Shown here one piece after another: positions 50,925-60,382 of a stretch of 64,000 nt of DNA. Location of the stretch: contig CAWKHG010000005.1 in assembly GCA_963849405.1 (NCBI GenBank), forward strand, positions 714,480 to 778,479. Reading direction: 5' to 3'. A program made the translations under genes and the position numbers. Within the stretch, counting starts at the first letter, position 1; each line of letters starts with the position of its first letter. Below the pieces are notes generated by a model. That model had not been told where the DNA came from. It saw only the letters and a program-made list of their open reading frames with translations, and made no database searches. Source of the stretch: an uncultured Chloroflexia bacterium. GTDB lineage: Bacteria > Chloroflexota > Limnocylindria > Limnocylindrales > CSP1-4.

Positions 50925-51539
50925 CTACTCGCCGGCGTTGCCGAAGGTCGCCCGCCCGACCGGTCGATACGTCTGGATGATCACGCCGGAGGGCGTCGAG
51001 CGCGACTCGACCAGCTCCAGGTCGTGCGTCGGGCCGTGCTCCGGGAAGAGCCGAAGCCCGTCCCCGACCACGACGGGCGAGATCCGGAAGTTGAGCTCGT
51101 CCACGAGGTCGCGCTCGAGCAGCCACCGGAGCAGCACGCCGCTGCCGTGGACCTGGAGCTCGCGCCCGGGCTTCGCCTTGAGCTCACGGATGGCCGCCTC
51201 GACGTCACCCGTGATCACGTGGGTGTTCTGCCACGTCGGGTCCTTGAGCGTGGTCGACGGCACGTACTTGGGCAGGACGTTGATGCCGTGGGAGACCGGA
51301 TCGCCGCTGTCGTGGAGCGGCCAGTACGGTTCCCAGATCTCCCAGGTCTTGCGCCCGAGGAGCAGCGCATCCGCGCGCTCGAACCACGAGGTCAGGAACG
51401 GCCACATCTCCTCGTCGGTGTGCGCTGCCGTCCATCCGCCGCGCTCGAACCCGCCGCGCCGGTCCTCGTCGGGGCCGCCGGGACCCTGGTACACGCCGTC
51501 CACGGTCAGCATCATCGAGGCGGTCAGCTTCATGGTCAT
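50925..51539 (-). CDS. dihydrofolate-reductase-like (RibD C-terminal domain) family protein
   Basis: Intact ORF. SD GAAGGAG upstream; ATG 51533 has the better spacing. MKLTASMMLTVDGV, LLLGRKTWE, ELQVHGSGVLLRWLL, DELNFRISPVVVGDG. Confidence 0.8.
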   Translation of the reverse strand: MTMKLTASMMLTVDGVYQGPGGPDEDRRGGFERGGWTAAHTDEEMWPFLTSWFERADALLLGRKTWEIWEPYWPLHDSGDPVSHGINVLPKYVPSTTLKDPTWQNTHVITGDVEAAIRELKAKPGRELQVHGSGVLLRWLLERDLVDELNFRISPVVVGDGLRLFPEHGPTHDLELVESRSTPSGVIIQTYRPVGRATFGNAGE

Positions 51540-51654
51540 CGCTCCTTCGCATCTGGTCGATGGTGGTTGGACCGTCGGCCGAGCGGAAACTCATCGGCCC
51601 GAATGCGGCAGCCCGGTCGCGGCGACACGCCGACACGGTCTGCAAGCGGGTGAG

Positions 51655-51730
51655 TGGTGGAGATGAGGGGACTCGAACCCCTGACCCCTGCGATGCGAAC
51701 GCAGTGCTCTTCCGGCTGAGCTACATCCCC
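51655..51730 (-). tRNA. tRNA-Ala (anticodon CGC), CCA encoded
   Basis: Minus strand GGGGATGTAGCTCAGCCGGAAGAGCACTGCGTTCGCATCGCAGGGGTCAGGGGTTCGAGTCCCCTCATCTCCACCA. Anticodon loop UU-CGC-AU; G3:U70 pair. Confidence 0.95.
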
Positions 51731-51779
51731 ACGCGGCGGATCCGGGGGATCCGCGGTCGACAGGGCCGACCGGGCCGAG

Positions 51780-51788
51780 AGTGTACCA
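51780..51788 (-). promoter_or_regulatory. extended -10 element TGGTACACT upstream of tRNA-Ala(CGC)
   Basis: Minus strand gtggTGGTACACTctcgg, 50 nt before the mature 5' end. The palindrome GCGGATCC-ggg-GGATCCGC (51733-51751) lies between them. Confidence 0.4.
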
Positions 51789-51829
51789 CCACGCCCGGCT
51801 CGATCCGCCCTTTACCAGGCCGTCACCCA

Positions 51830-51857
51830 TTGACGTATAGAACAGATGTTCTATCAT
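51830..51857 (+). promoter_or_regulatory. SOS promoter: TTGACG-N16-TATCAT with a LexA (Cheo-type) box TAGAACAGATGTTCTA at 51838-51853
   Basis: caTTGACGtaTAGAACAGATGTTCTATCATgtgggggcgATGgcc. GAAC-N4-GTTC palindrome. The ATG at 51867 is 9 nt after the -10, so the transcript is near-leaderless. Confidence 0.8.
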
Positions 51858-51866
51858 GTGGGGGCG

Positions 51867-53033
51867 ATGGCCCACGCTTCCCCCGACGTCACGGCGGCCT
51901 TGGCGACCCTTCAGGCTCGCTGGGGATCGGCAGCTCCGCGGGCGGTGGGGGAGGTGGTCGGGGCGCTGGCCACGGTGCCGCTGCCGTCCGAGATGCCGGC
52001 CCTCCCCGATGTCGCGCCGCGAGCCGACGAGGCCTCGATCGTCCGGACCGGCTTCGCCGCCCTCGACGCGATCCTGGGCCTCGGCGGCGTCCCCCGCCAG
52101 GCCGGCCTCGCCCTGCGCGGCGACCACTCGAGCGGCAAGACCACCCTGGCCATGCGCCTCGTGGCGGAGGCCCAGGCGGCCGGCTCGATCGCCGCCTGGC
52201 TCGACCTCTCGCGCAGCCTCGATCCGGTGGAGGCCGTGGCCCGCGGCGTCCGCCTCGAATGGCTCGTCGTGCTGACTCCCGACTCGCTCGACGAGGGCCT
52301 GGCGATGGCCGGCTCGCTCGTCCAGGGCCGGGCGGTCGATCTCCTCGTCGTCGACCTTGGAGCAGGGCTCCCGAGCGAAGGCGCCGGGGTGACGCGGCGC
52401 CGGCCGGACCCGCGGGCCCCCGGGCGAAGGCCCGGGTGCCGGCGCCGGAGTCCGAGCGTCGCGGATCGGCTCCGCCGGCTGGCGGCGATCGCCCGCGTGG
52501 CCGGCGTCCTGCTCGTCGTCCTCGAGCCGCCGGGGCTGCCCGGGGCCATGACCGGCGCCCTCGCCGAGGTGGCCGGCCTCCGCCTGGAGGTCGCCCGGCG
52601 GACCTGGATCCGGCTCGGTCGCGACGTCGTCGGCCAGCGGATGGAGGTGACGGTCGCGCGGAACCGTTTCGGGCCGTCGGGCCGGCGAGCGGATCTGCGG
52701 ATCCTCTACGCGGACGGCGGCATACGCGATCGATGTCTCGGCCGTGACCCGCTGCTGAGCGAGGCTCCGGCAATTTCAGAGGCCCCCCTCCACCCGTTCG
52801 TCGAGACCACCAGCCATGCGCCTCCTGCATCTCCACTGGTCGCACCTCCTCCTCCGTCTCGCCCGGTCGCGCTCCACGTCGTTCCCGTCGCCGACCGAGT
52901 GGCCCACCGGCCCGATCGTCCTCGGCGGCCAGCCGTGGACGCCGGCCACGGTCCTCGACGCGAGCCCGGCCGCGATGGCCCTGGGCGTCCAGCGCGGGCA
53001 GCCGCTGGGAACCGCACACCGGCTGGCGCCTGA
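51867..53033 (+). CDS. imuA: ImuA-like RecA-fold SOS mutagenesis protein (3' boundary uncertain)
   Basis: ORF 51846..53033. Its first ATG lies inside the LexA box, so I take ATG 51867 (MAHASPDV...). RecA-like GFAALDAILGLGGVPRQAGLALRGDHSSGKTTLAMRLVAEAQAAG...AWLD. The frame stays open 218 nt into imuB. Confidence 0.7.
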   Translation: MAHASPDVTAALATLQARWGSAAPRAVGEVVGALATVPLPSEMPALPDVAPRADEASIVRTGFAALDAILGLGGVPRQAGLALRGDHSSGKTTLAMRLVAEAQAAGSIAAWLDLSRSLDPVEAVARGVRLEWLVVLTPDSLDEGLAMAGSLVQGRAVDLLVVDLGAGLPSEGAGVTRRRPDPRAPGRRPGCRRRSPSVADRLRRLAAIARVAGVLLVVLEPPGLPGAMTGALAEVAGLRLEVARRTWIRLGRDVVGQRMEVTVARNRFGPSGRRADLRILYADGGIRDRCLGRDPLLSEAPAISEAPLHPFVETTSHAPPASPLVAPPPPSRPVALHVVPVADRVAHRPDRPRRPAVDAGHGPRREPGRDGPGRPARAAAGNRTPAGA

Positions 53034-54177
53034 GGCCCTCTTCCTCGACCCGGATCCGGTCGCCGAGACCGCGGCGATGGAGGCGGCCCTCGAACGGCTC
53101 GCCGCGTTCAGCCCCGGGATCGCCGGCGAGACCGACCCGACCGCGCCGGCGTTCGGGCGGGTCGAGGTCCAGCTCGACGGGCTCGAGCGGCTGTGGGGCC
53201 CCGAACCCGAGCTCGTCCGACGGGTCCGCGAGGCGCTCGCCCCGATCCTGCCGGGCACGCCCCGGGCGGGCATCGCCGGGACGCGCTTCGCCGCCCTGGT
53301 GGCCGCCGCGGTGAACGGGCTGCCGCTCCACTCGGTGATGCCGGGCGGCGAGACCGCCTTCCTTGCGCCACTCCCCGCGGCCCTGTTGAGCGGCGATCCC
53401 GAGGTCCGTGCCCGGCTCGCCCGGTTCGGCCTGACCCGGATCGGCCAGGTGGCGGAGATCCCGCGCTCGGCGCTCGTGGCCCGGTTCGGGGCGGAGGGCG
53501 AGCTGCTGCACGCCCGGGCGCTGGGGGAGGAGACCGATCCGTTCCGGCCGCGGCGGGCACCCGAGCGGATGTCGCTCGCCCTTCCGGTCGAGCCGGCGGT
53601 CGAGGACCTCGAGCCACTGCGGTTCCTCCTCCACCGGCTCGCCGCGGCGCTCGCCGACCAGCTCCTCGCCCGCGGGATGGCCACGGCCACGGTCCGCCTC
53701 CGCCTGGCCCTCGACGTGGCGTTCGCGGCCCGCGGCACCTCGCCCCGTATCGATATCGAGCAGCGCCTGCCCGAGCCCACCGCCGAGGCCGAAGCCATCG
53801 AGCGCCTGCTCGTCGCCCGCCTCGAGCGGACGCCGCCGCCCGCGCCGGTCGCCCGCCTGGAGCTCGAGCTCGCCGAGGTGGCCCCGGCGGCCGGTCAGCA
53901 GCTGGCGCTGTTCGTCCCCCAGGCGGCCCGTTCGGCCCGCCTCGGCTGGCAGCTCGTCCGCCTCGCCCTGACGTTCGGTGAGGACCGCATCCGGTGGGCG
54001 GAGATCGGCGATCCGGAGGCGCCGCTGCCCGAGGCGCGCTGGCGATGGGTGGTGCCGGGGGTCGGCTCGTCCGCGCCGGTCTCCCCGGCCGGGGCGGGTG
54101 CGTCCGCGACGGTCATCTCGCCGGAGGCCACGCTCGCGTCGGGGGCCAGGAACCTCGGCCGGCAGGCCGGTCGATGA
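52816..54177 (+). CDS. imuB: ImuB, Y-family-polymerase-like mutasome subunit
   Basis: Intact ORF 52816..54177. Y-family palm/fingers/little-finger layout (LFLDPDP, VEVQLDGLERLWG, GIAGTRFAA, LGLTRIGQVAEIP). Position between the imuA-like gene and dnaE2. Confidence 0.8.
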   Translation: MRLLHLHWSHLLLRLARSRSTSFPSPTEWPTGPIVLGGQPWTPATVLDASPAAMALGVQRGQPLGTAHRLAPEALFLDPDPVAETAAMEAALERLAAFSPGIAGETDPTAPAFGRVEVQLDGLERLWGPEPELVRRVREALAPILPGTPRAGIAGTRFAALVAAAVNGLPLHSVMPGGETAFLAPLPAALLSGDPEVRARLARFGLTRIGQVAEIPRSALVARFGAEGELLHARALGEETDPFRPRRAPERMSLALPVEPAVEDLEPLRFLLHRLAAALADQLLARGMATATVRLRLALDVAFAARGTSPRIDIEQRLPEPTAEAEAIERLLVARLERTPPPAPVARLELELAEVAPAAGQQLALFVPQAARSARLGWQLVRLALTFGEDRIRWAEIGDPEAPLPEARWRWVVPGVGSSAPVSPAGAGASATVISPEATLASGARNLGRQAGR

Positions 54178-54422
54178 CCCGGCTCCTGCGCGAGCACCCG
54201 ACCATCGACGCCGAGATGGATCCGGCGGGGCACCTGGTCGCGATCGCCTGGAACGGTCGCCGGGAGCCGGTCGAGGTCTGCAATCGCTGGCGGATCGAGG
54301 AGTCGTGGTGGCGCGAAGGGATCTCGCGCGACTACTTCAAGGTCGTCGGGCCGCGCTGGCTGGCGCTGGTCTACCTCGACCGGACGGATGGCACCTGGCA
54401 CCTGGAGCGCCTCTACGACTGA
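54174..54422 (+). CDS. small conserved protein that commonly follows imuB (I recall it as DUF6504)
   Basis: C-terminal 82 aa of ORF 53994..54422. ATG 54174 overlaps the imuB stop (ATGA). VAIAWNGRREPVEVCNRWRIEESWWREGISRDYFKVV...WHLERLYD. Confidence 0.6.
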   Translation: MTRLLREHPTIDAEMDPAGHLVAIAWNGRREPVEVCNRWRIEESWWREGISRDYFKVVGPRWLALVYLDRTDGTWHLERLYD

Positions 54423-54468
54423 GGAGGCGCCTCGCCGGGCCGGCGGCGGCAGAACCGCGCCCCGCGAC

Positions 54469-54582
54469 CTAGCGGAAGTACGGCGAGCCGAGGGCGAGGC
54501 TCGTGATCAGCATCACGGCGAAGAGCCCGACGACGAAGGCGAGCGCTTCGAGGTCCCGAGGCCGCGTCGACTGCATGTCCAT
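54469..54582 (-). CDS. candidate small hydrophobic peptide (35-37 aa)
   Basis: Tail of ORF 54469..54783: MDMQSTRPRDLEALAFVVGLFAVMLITSLALGSPYFR*. A GGGGGA SD is well spaced for the second ATG (54576). There is no other support. Confidence 0.3.
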   Translation of the reverse strand: MDMQSTRPRDLEALAFVVGLFAVMLITSLALGSPYFR

Positions 54583-54739
54583 TCCCCCGTGCGCCGAGCC
54601 CCGCCCGGTCATGACGACATGACCGATGACGCTTGTGCGGTCCGCGGCGTGATGCCGCGCGCTGCGATATTCCGGGAGACGTGCGATGAGCCCGCGATGT
54701 GGCACGGGCCGGGGGCGTTGCAACACCCTCTCGACGTGG

Positions 54740-54773
54740 CAGGGGCCTCGCCACCGAAGTGACGAGGCCCCTG
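54740..54773. other. perfect 11-bp inverted repeat hairpin, 12-nt loop
   Basis: CAGGGGCCTCG-ccaccgaagtga-CGAGGCCCCTG. No flanking U/A tract. Confidence 0.5.
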
Positions 54774-54880
54774 CGGCCAACACGCCCGCTCACCAGGCGT
54801 CTTGGCGGGTCGGCGGCCGATCATCGCGACCGGGCGCCGCCGGGATCATCCCGCACCCCCAGGCACAGGATGGTATGTAG

Positions 54881-54985
54881 TCAACTCGCCGCCTTCTCCG
54901 CTGCGAGCACCAGCGGAAGGAGGCCCAGGATGAGCAGTGCCGCGACCAGAAGGCCCACCGCGGGGCGGAGAAGCCGGTTGGTCAT
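54881..54985 (-). CDS. candidate small hydrophobic peptide (34 aa; below the ORF-track cutoff)
   Basis: My own translation: MTNRLLRPAVGLLVAALLILGLLPLVLAAEKAAS*. No clear SD. Lies 158 nt from, and divergent to, the dnaE2 LexA box. Confidence 0.25.
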   Translation of the reverse strand: MTNRLLRPAVGLLVAALLILGLLPLVLAAEKAAS

Positions 54986-55142
54986 CGGTCGATACTGCCG
55001 CATCGTGGACACCCAGACGCCGCGTTGTCCTCAGATGTTACGCCCTCGAAGGCCGATTCGGATGATTTTTCTTCAGAATCGCGGACGGATTTTTGGGGCC
55101 CGATCCGAGGCCCGCGCAGGTCGCCCAGGGGCTCGCCCGAAG

Positions 55143-55162
55143 TAGAACATCTGTTCTATCAT
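55143..55162 (+). promoter_or_regulatory. LexA (Cheo-type) box TAGAACATCTGTTCTA overlapping the -10 TATCAT upstream of dnaE2
   Basis: gaagTAGAACATCTGTTCTATCATgggcggtccgATGgtc. Same architecture as at 51838. ATG 55173 is 10 nt after the -10. Confidence 0.8.
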
Positions 55163-55172
55163 GGGCGGTCCG

Positions 55173-58100
55173 ATGGTCGACCGGATCGCGTTCGCCGAGC
55201 TCCACTGCCACACCAACTTCTCGTTCCTCGACGGCGCCTCGGCGCCCGACGAGCTGGTCGAGCGGGCGGTCGCGCTCGGGCTGTCAGGACTGGCCGTCAC
55301 CGACCACCAGGGCCTCTACGGCGTCGTCCGTTTCGCGACGGCCGCCGCGGAGGCGGGGCTCCACCCGGTCATCGGCGTGGAGATCGAGCTCGTCGACGCG
55401 GCCGTCGCGGACCCGGGCGGCCTGGTCGTGCCGGCCCGGCGGCCCGGCCGGCGCCGGAGCGGGAGCGAGCCCGCCGTGTTCGGGTCGCTCGGTCCGTCGG
55501 GTTCGGCCGATGGAGCCTCGGACGTCCCGGTGGAGGGCCGGCCGGCCCGTCCCCGCCCGACGCGGATGCGCCTGCCCGGCCATCGCGCCACGGTCAAGGA
55601 GGACCTGCGGGGAGCCGGCACGGGCGTGCGCGGGCCGCACCTCGTCCTCCTCGCCCGCGACGCGTCCGGCTACCGGAGCCTCTGCCGGCTCGTCTCGCGG
55701 GCGAACATGGCCGGCACGAAGGGCGTGCCCCGCTTCTCCCAGGCGCTCCTCGCGGAGCACGCCGAGGGGCTGATCGCCCTGTCGGGGTGTCGCGACGGGG
55801 AGATCGCCCGGCGGCTCCTGGCCGGCGACCGGGAGGGCGCGCTGGCGGTCGGGGAGCGGTACGCGCGGCTCTTCGGTGGCGGTCGCGGCGGTGGTCGTGG
55901 CTCCTCGGCGCGCCCTCGTGGCGCGGTCGTCGCGGCGGGCTTCGTCCTCGAGCTCCAGCACCACCTGGCGATGGACGACGACTGGCTCGTGGCGGAGACG
56001 GCGCGACTGGCCGAGGAGCTGGGCCTGCCGGTGGTCGTGACGAACGACGTCCACTACGCCCTGCCCGAGGACCGCGAGCTGCACGACGTCCTGACGGCGA
56101 TCCGCCATGGCCGCTCGCTCGAGACGCTGGCCGACCTCCGCAGCCCGTCGGGCGAGGCGTACCTGAAGTCGGCCGAGGAGCTGGCCGGCCTGCCGCCGGG
56201 CGACGAGGCTGCCCCGACCGATGCGACCGATGCCCGAACGGCCCGGGCTTGGGCCGAGGGGCTCCGCTCGTCGGGCGAGATCGCGGCCGCCTGCTCGGTG
56301 GAGCTCGGCTTCGAGCGCTACCGCTTCCCGGGGTTCGCGGTACCGAACGGGGAGACGCCGTTCAGCCATCTCTCGCAGCTGTGCTGGACCGGCGCGCAGT
56401 GGCGCTACCACCCGATGACCCCGGCGGTCGTCAGCCAGCTCGCCCACGAGCTCGACGTCATCGAGCGGACGGGTCTCGCCGAGTTCTTCCTCATCTGCTG
56501 GGACCTCATGCGCTTCGCCAGGGAGCGGGGCATCCCCGCCCAGGGCCGGGGCAGCGCCGCCGAATTCGATCGTCGCCTACGTGCTGGGCATCACCCGGGT
56601 CGACCCGATCCGCCACAACCTCCTGTTCGAGCGGTTCATCAACGAGGGCCGGACGGCCTACCCGGACGTCGACATCGACTTCTCGTCGTAGCGCCGGGAG
56701 GAGGTCATCCAGTACGTCTACGAGCGCTACGGGCCCGAGCACACGGGCATGGTCTGCAACCTCGTCACGTACCGGGCCAGGTCGGCCGTGCGCGAGGTGG
56801 GGACCGCGCTCGGGTTCCCGCGGCCGCTCGTCGACCGGGTCGCCAAGGCGCTCGAGACGTACGACAGCGTGATGGTCCGGCGCGACCTGGAGGCCGAAGG
56901 CGGCTTCGGGCAGTTCTTCCGGCGGCCGGGAGAGGGGGAGCCGCCCGAGGCGGGAGCCGCGGCACGATCCGGGGAACGCGGCCTGACCGACCGGATGGGC
57001 CAGCTGGCGGTCGCCGAACCCATCTCGTCCCACGAAACGTCCCGCCCGGAACCCGAGGCTGGAACGCTCGCGATGGCGCCGGGCAGCAAGCCGGCGATCC
57101 GGTCGGGGGGCACATCCGACGACGAGGGCGGGCCCGGAGACTCGCCCGCCAGCGTCCGCTGGCTGCGCGACGGACCACCGCCGACGGTCGACGGGCGGCG
57201 GATCGACCCCGAGTCCGGCGTGCTCGAGCCGCCCGGCCGGCGATCGGACCGGCTCGGGCGGCCGGAGCGCTGGGATCCGCCGCCGCCACCGGCGCAGTCG
57301 ATGGGTCGAGGCGGCACCGAGGCCGACCGCTCGTCGGTCGCCCGCGTCGAGCCCGAGCCGCGCCCGCAGGCCCGGGGCGGCAGCACTCGCGACCTGTCCG
57401 ACTGGGAGCGCTGGCTGGAGTTCTGCGCCCGCATCGATGGCTTCCCGCGCCACCTGAGCATCCACTCGGGCGGGATGCTCGTGACCGCGGCGCCGCTCAT
57501 CGACATCGCGCCGCTCGAGCGCGCGACGATGCCCGGCCGGGTCGTCGTCCAGTTCGACAAGCGCGACGTCGAGACGCTCAAGCTCATCAAGCTCGACCTG
57601 CTCGGCCTGGGCATGCTGGCCGCGATCGACGAGACGCTCCAGCTCATCGAGCACGACGGCGCGGCCTGCCTCGACCTGGACCGCCTGCCCGAGGACATCC
57701 CGGAGGTCTTCGAGATGCTCCAGGCGGCCGACACGGTGGGCGTCTTCCAGGTCGAGAGCCGGGCCCAGATGCAGACGCTCCCCAAGAGCCGGCCGCAGAA
57801 CCTCGACGACCTGGTGGTCGAGGTCGCGATCATCCGGCCCGGCCCGATCCAGGGCAACGCCGTCCACCCGTACCTGCGGCGCAAGCAGGGCCTGGAGCCG
57901 GTGACGCTACCTCCACCCGACCCTCGAGCCGATCCTGAGCGACAGCCTGGGCGTCATCCTCTACCAGGAGCAGGTCATGCGGATCGCCATCGACGTCGGC
58001 GGCTTCAGCCCGGCCGACTCGGACGGGTTCCGGCGGGCGATGGGCACATGGCGCTCGAGCAAGGAGATGGAGAAGCTCCACGCCCAGTTCGTCGAGGGCT

Positions 58101-59277
58101 GCCTCCGCCAGCCGGGCATGGACGAGCCGATGGCGGAGGAGCTCTTCCGCCAGGTGGCCGCGTTCGCGAGCTTCGGCTTCGCCAAGAGCCACGCCGCCGC
58201 GTTCGCCCGCACGGCCTACGAATCCTCGTTCCTCAAGCTGTTCTATCCGGCCCAGTTCGTCGTCGGGCTCATCAATGCCCAGCCGATGGGCTTCTACCCG
58301 GTCGAGGTGCTGATCAACGACGCCAAGCGCCACGGCGTGGCGGTCCTGGGGGTCGACATCAACGCGAGCGCGTACAAGACGACGACCGAATGGGTCGGTC
58401 CGGAGGGCGGCCCCGAGCCGATCCGCTCACCCGCCTGCGTCGTCCCGTCCGAGGCGGCCCGCCGGCGCTGGGCGGCCGGGACCGCGACGGACTACGGCGT
58501 GAGACTCGGTCTCGGTCTCGTGAAGGGGATCGGCGAGGAGCACGAGGAACGGCTCGATGGGGAGCTCGCCCGGGGGCCGTACCGGAGCCTGGCGGACGTC
58601 GTCGAGCGGACCGGCCTGGCCGAGGAGGTCATCGAGCGGCTCGTCCGGGTCGGCGGGCTCGACTCCCTCGGAACGCCCCGGCGCGAGCTGCTCTGGCAGC
58701 TCCGGGAGGTGGCCGGCGCGACGAAGGGCCGGGCCGTGCGCCGGGTCGCCCGCCGGGCTGCCGGACGGCCGATGGACCTGCGCCTGCCGGCGACGCCGGT
58801 CCCGCCACTCCCCGCGATCTCCGAGACGGAACGACTGGGCGACTCGTACGCGGTCATCGGCCTCGACGCGCGGCACCAGGTCGTGGGGCTGTTCCGGCCG
58901 GCCCTCGAGCGCCTCGGGGCGGTGACCAACGCGGCACTCGCGGAGCGGGCGCCGGGCCGGGTCCGGATCGGTGGGCTCGTCGTCACCCGGCAGCACCCGA
59001 TGACGGCCAAGGGCACGGTCTTCCTGGCCCTCGAGGACGAGACCGGCATGGTCAACGTCACGCTCTGGCCGAAGACCTGGGAGCGCCTGCGGGGCAATCG
59101 TCCGCCGGCACGCCCTGCTGCTCATCGACGGGGAGCTCCAGCGCGATGCGAGCGTGGTCAACGTCGTGGCCCATGACGCCCGGCCCCTGGTCGAGGAGGC
59201 GTCCCGGGTGGGCGGGCCCGGGCCGGCCACCGGGCGTCCGCCAGCTCGGCCACGCCGGGATGCGCCGCCTGGGCTGA
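55173..59277 (+). pseudogene. dnaE2: error-prone DNA polymerase III alpha subunit DnaE2, 3 frame changes plus an in-frame TAG at 56689-56691
   Basis: PHP start MVDRIAFAELHCHTNFSFLDGAS and ...AQGRGSAA (ORF 55161..57938). Then [15 protein letters not shown]...[25 protein letters not shown]...HSGGM...FQVESRAQM (ORF 56749..59277 frame). Then MRIAIDVGGFS...FAKSHAAAF...OB domain (ORF 57977..59176). The tail is back in the 56749 frame. Confidence 0.9.
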
Positions 59278-59310
59278 GCCCGCGGCTCGCCTGAGCGCGG
59301 CGAGCGGCGC

Positions 59311-60223
59311 CTAGCGGCGGCGGGCGCTCGGCTTCGGGCGGTTCGCCGGCCGGTTCGGCGTCGGGTTCATCAGGCGCAGCAGCCGCCGGTAGTAGCCAAG
59401 GCCGGCGCCGATGAGGATGCCGAAGACCACCGATGTCAGGAGGATCTGCCCGAAGACCGCGACCGAACCGCCGGCCTCCTCGGGCGAGATCACGATCACC
59501 GCAGCGAGCGCGCCGAGCGACCCGAGCAGGCCGGCGATGCCACCGGCCAGGTACGACGAGCGCTTCGCCAGGATCGCCGAGAGGTAGATGCCGCCGATCG
59601 CGGGCGGGCTCGGGATGCCCAGGAAGAGGAGGGCCATGATCGAGGCGATGATGCCGAGGGGCGATCCCGCGACGGTCTGGGCGCCGCCGCTCGCGGCGCC
59701 CGAGGCGGCCGGACTCGCGACGGGGCTCGCGCCTGGACTCGTTGCGACGCTGGCGGGTGCCGCGGTCGCCGCGGCGGTGGCCGATGCACTGGGCGCGGCC
59801 GACGAGCCGGGCAGCCCGGGCTCGCCCGGTGCCAGCTGGACGGCGAGCACGAGCACGACGGCGCTGATCACGACGAGCAGGGCCGGGATCGTGACCGCCC
59901 GGCTGCGGATGAGCTCGGGCAGGGCCTTGAGGTCGCCACGGATGTCGGCCGGCTGGTAGGCCTGCCGGAACGCCTGCATGGCACCCATGCGGACCGGGCG
60001 CCCGGCCGGGGAGCCCGACGGCCGCGGAGCGGGGCCGCGAGAGGCCGGGGCGGCGACCGCCTACCGGCGCGTCATCGAGCTCGTCGCCATCGTCGGCGTC
60101 GTCCAGGTCATCGAGCTCATCCGCCGCGAGCGGATGCTCGGCTCGGTAGCGGCGGCGCGCTTCGGCGCGTGCGGTCCTCTTGGCTCGGGCCAACGGTCCC
60201 TCCTGTGGATGAGTCCCGCGCAT
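59311..60223 (-). CDS. hypothetical membrane protein with acidic/basic N-terminal region, one frame change near 59990
   Basis: ORF 59311..59988 (4 TM segments and an Ala/Ser/Pro linker). The likely N-terminus MRGTHPQEGPLARAKRTARAEARRRYRAEHPLAADELDDLDDADDGDELDD is in the ORF 58427..60607 frame. Confidence 0.5.
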
Positions 60224-60382
60224 GGTAGTCGGTCGAGCCTCGGTTGAGGGCTCGGTAAGCGTCTGGTGATCGGCACGGGGCGTGGGCCCGCCACCCGGCG
60301 AGCGGCAGGTGAGGGCCGGTAGAGCGCCGCCCGGTAGAACGGGACCCGACGCCCGCCCAGATCCCCGCCGGGAGGTACCGCG

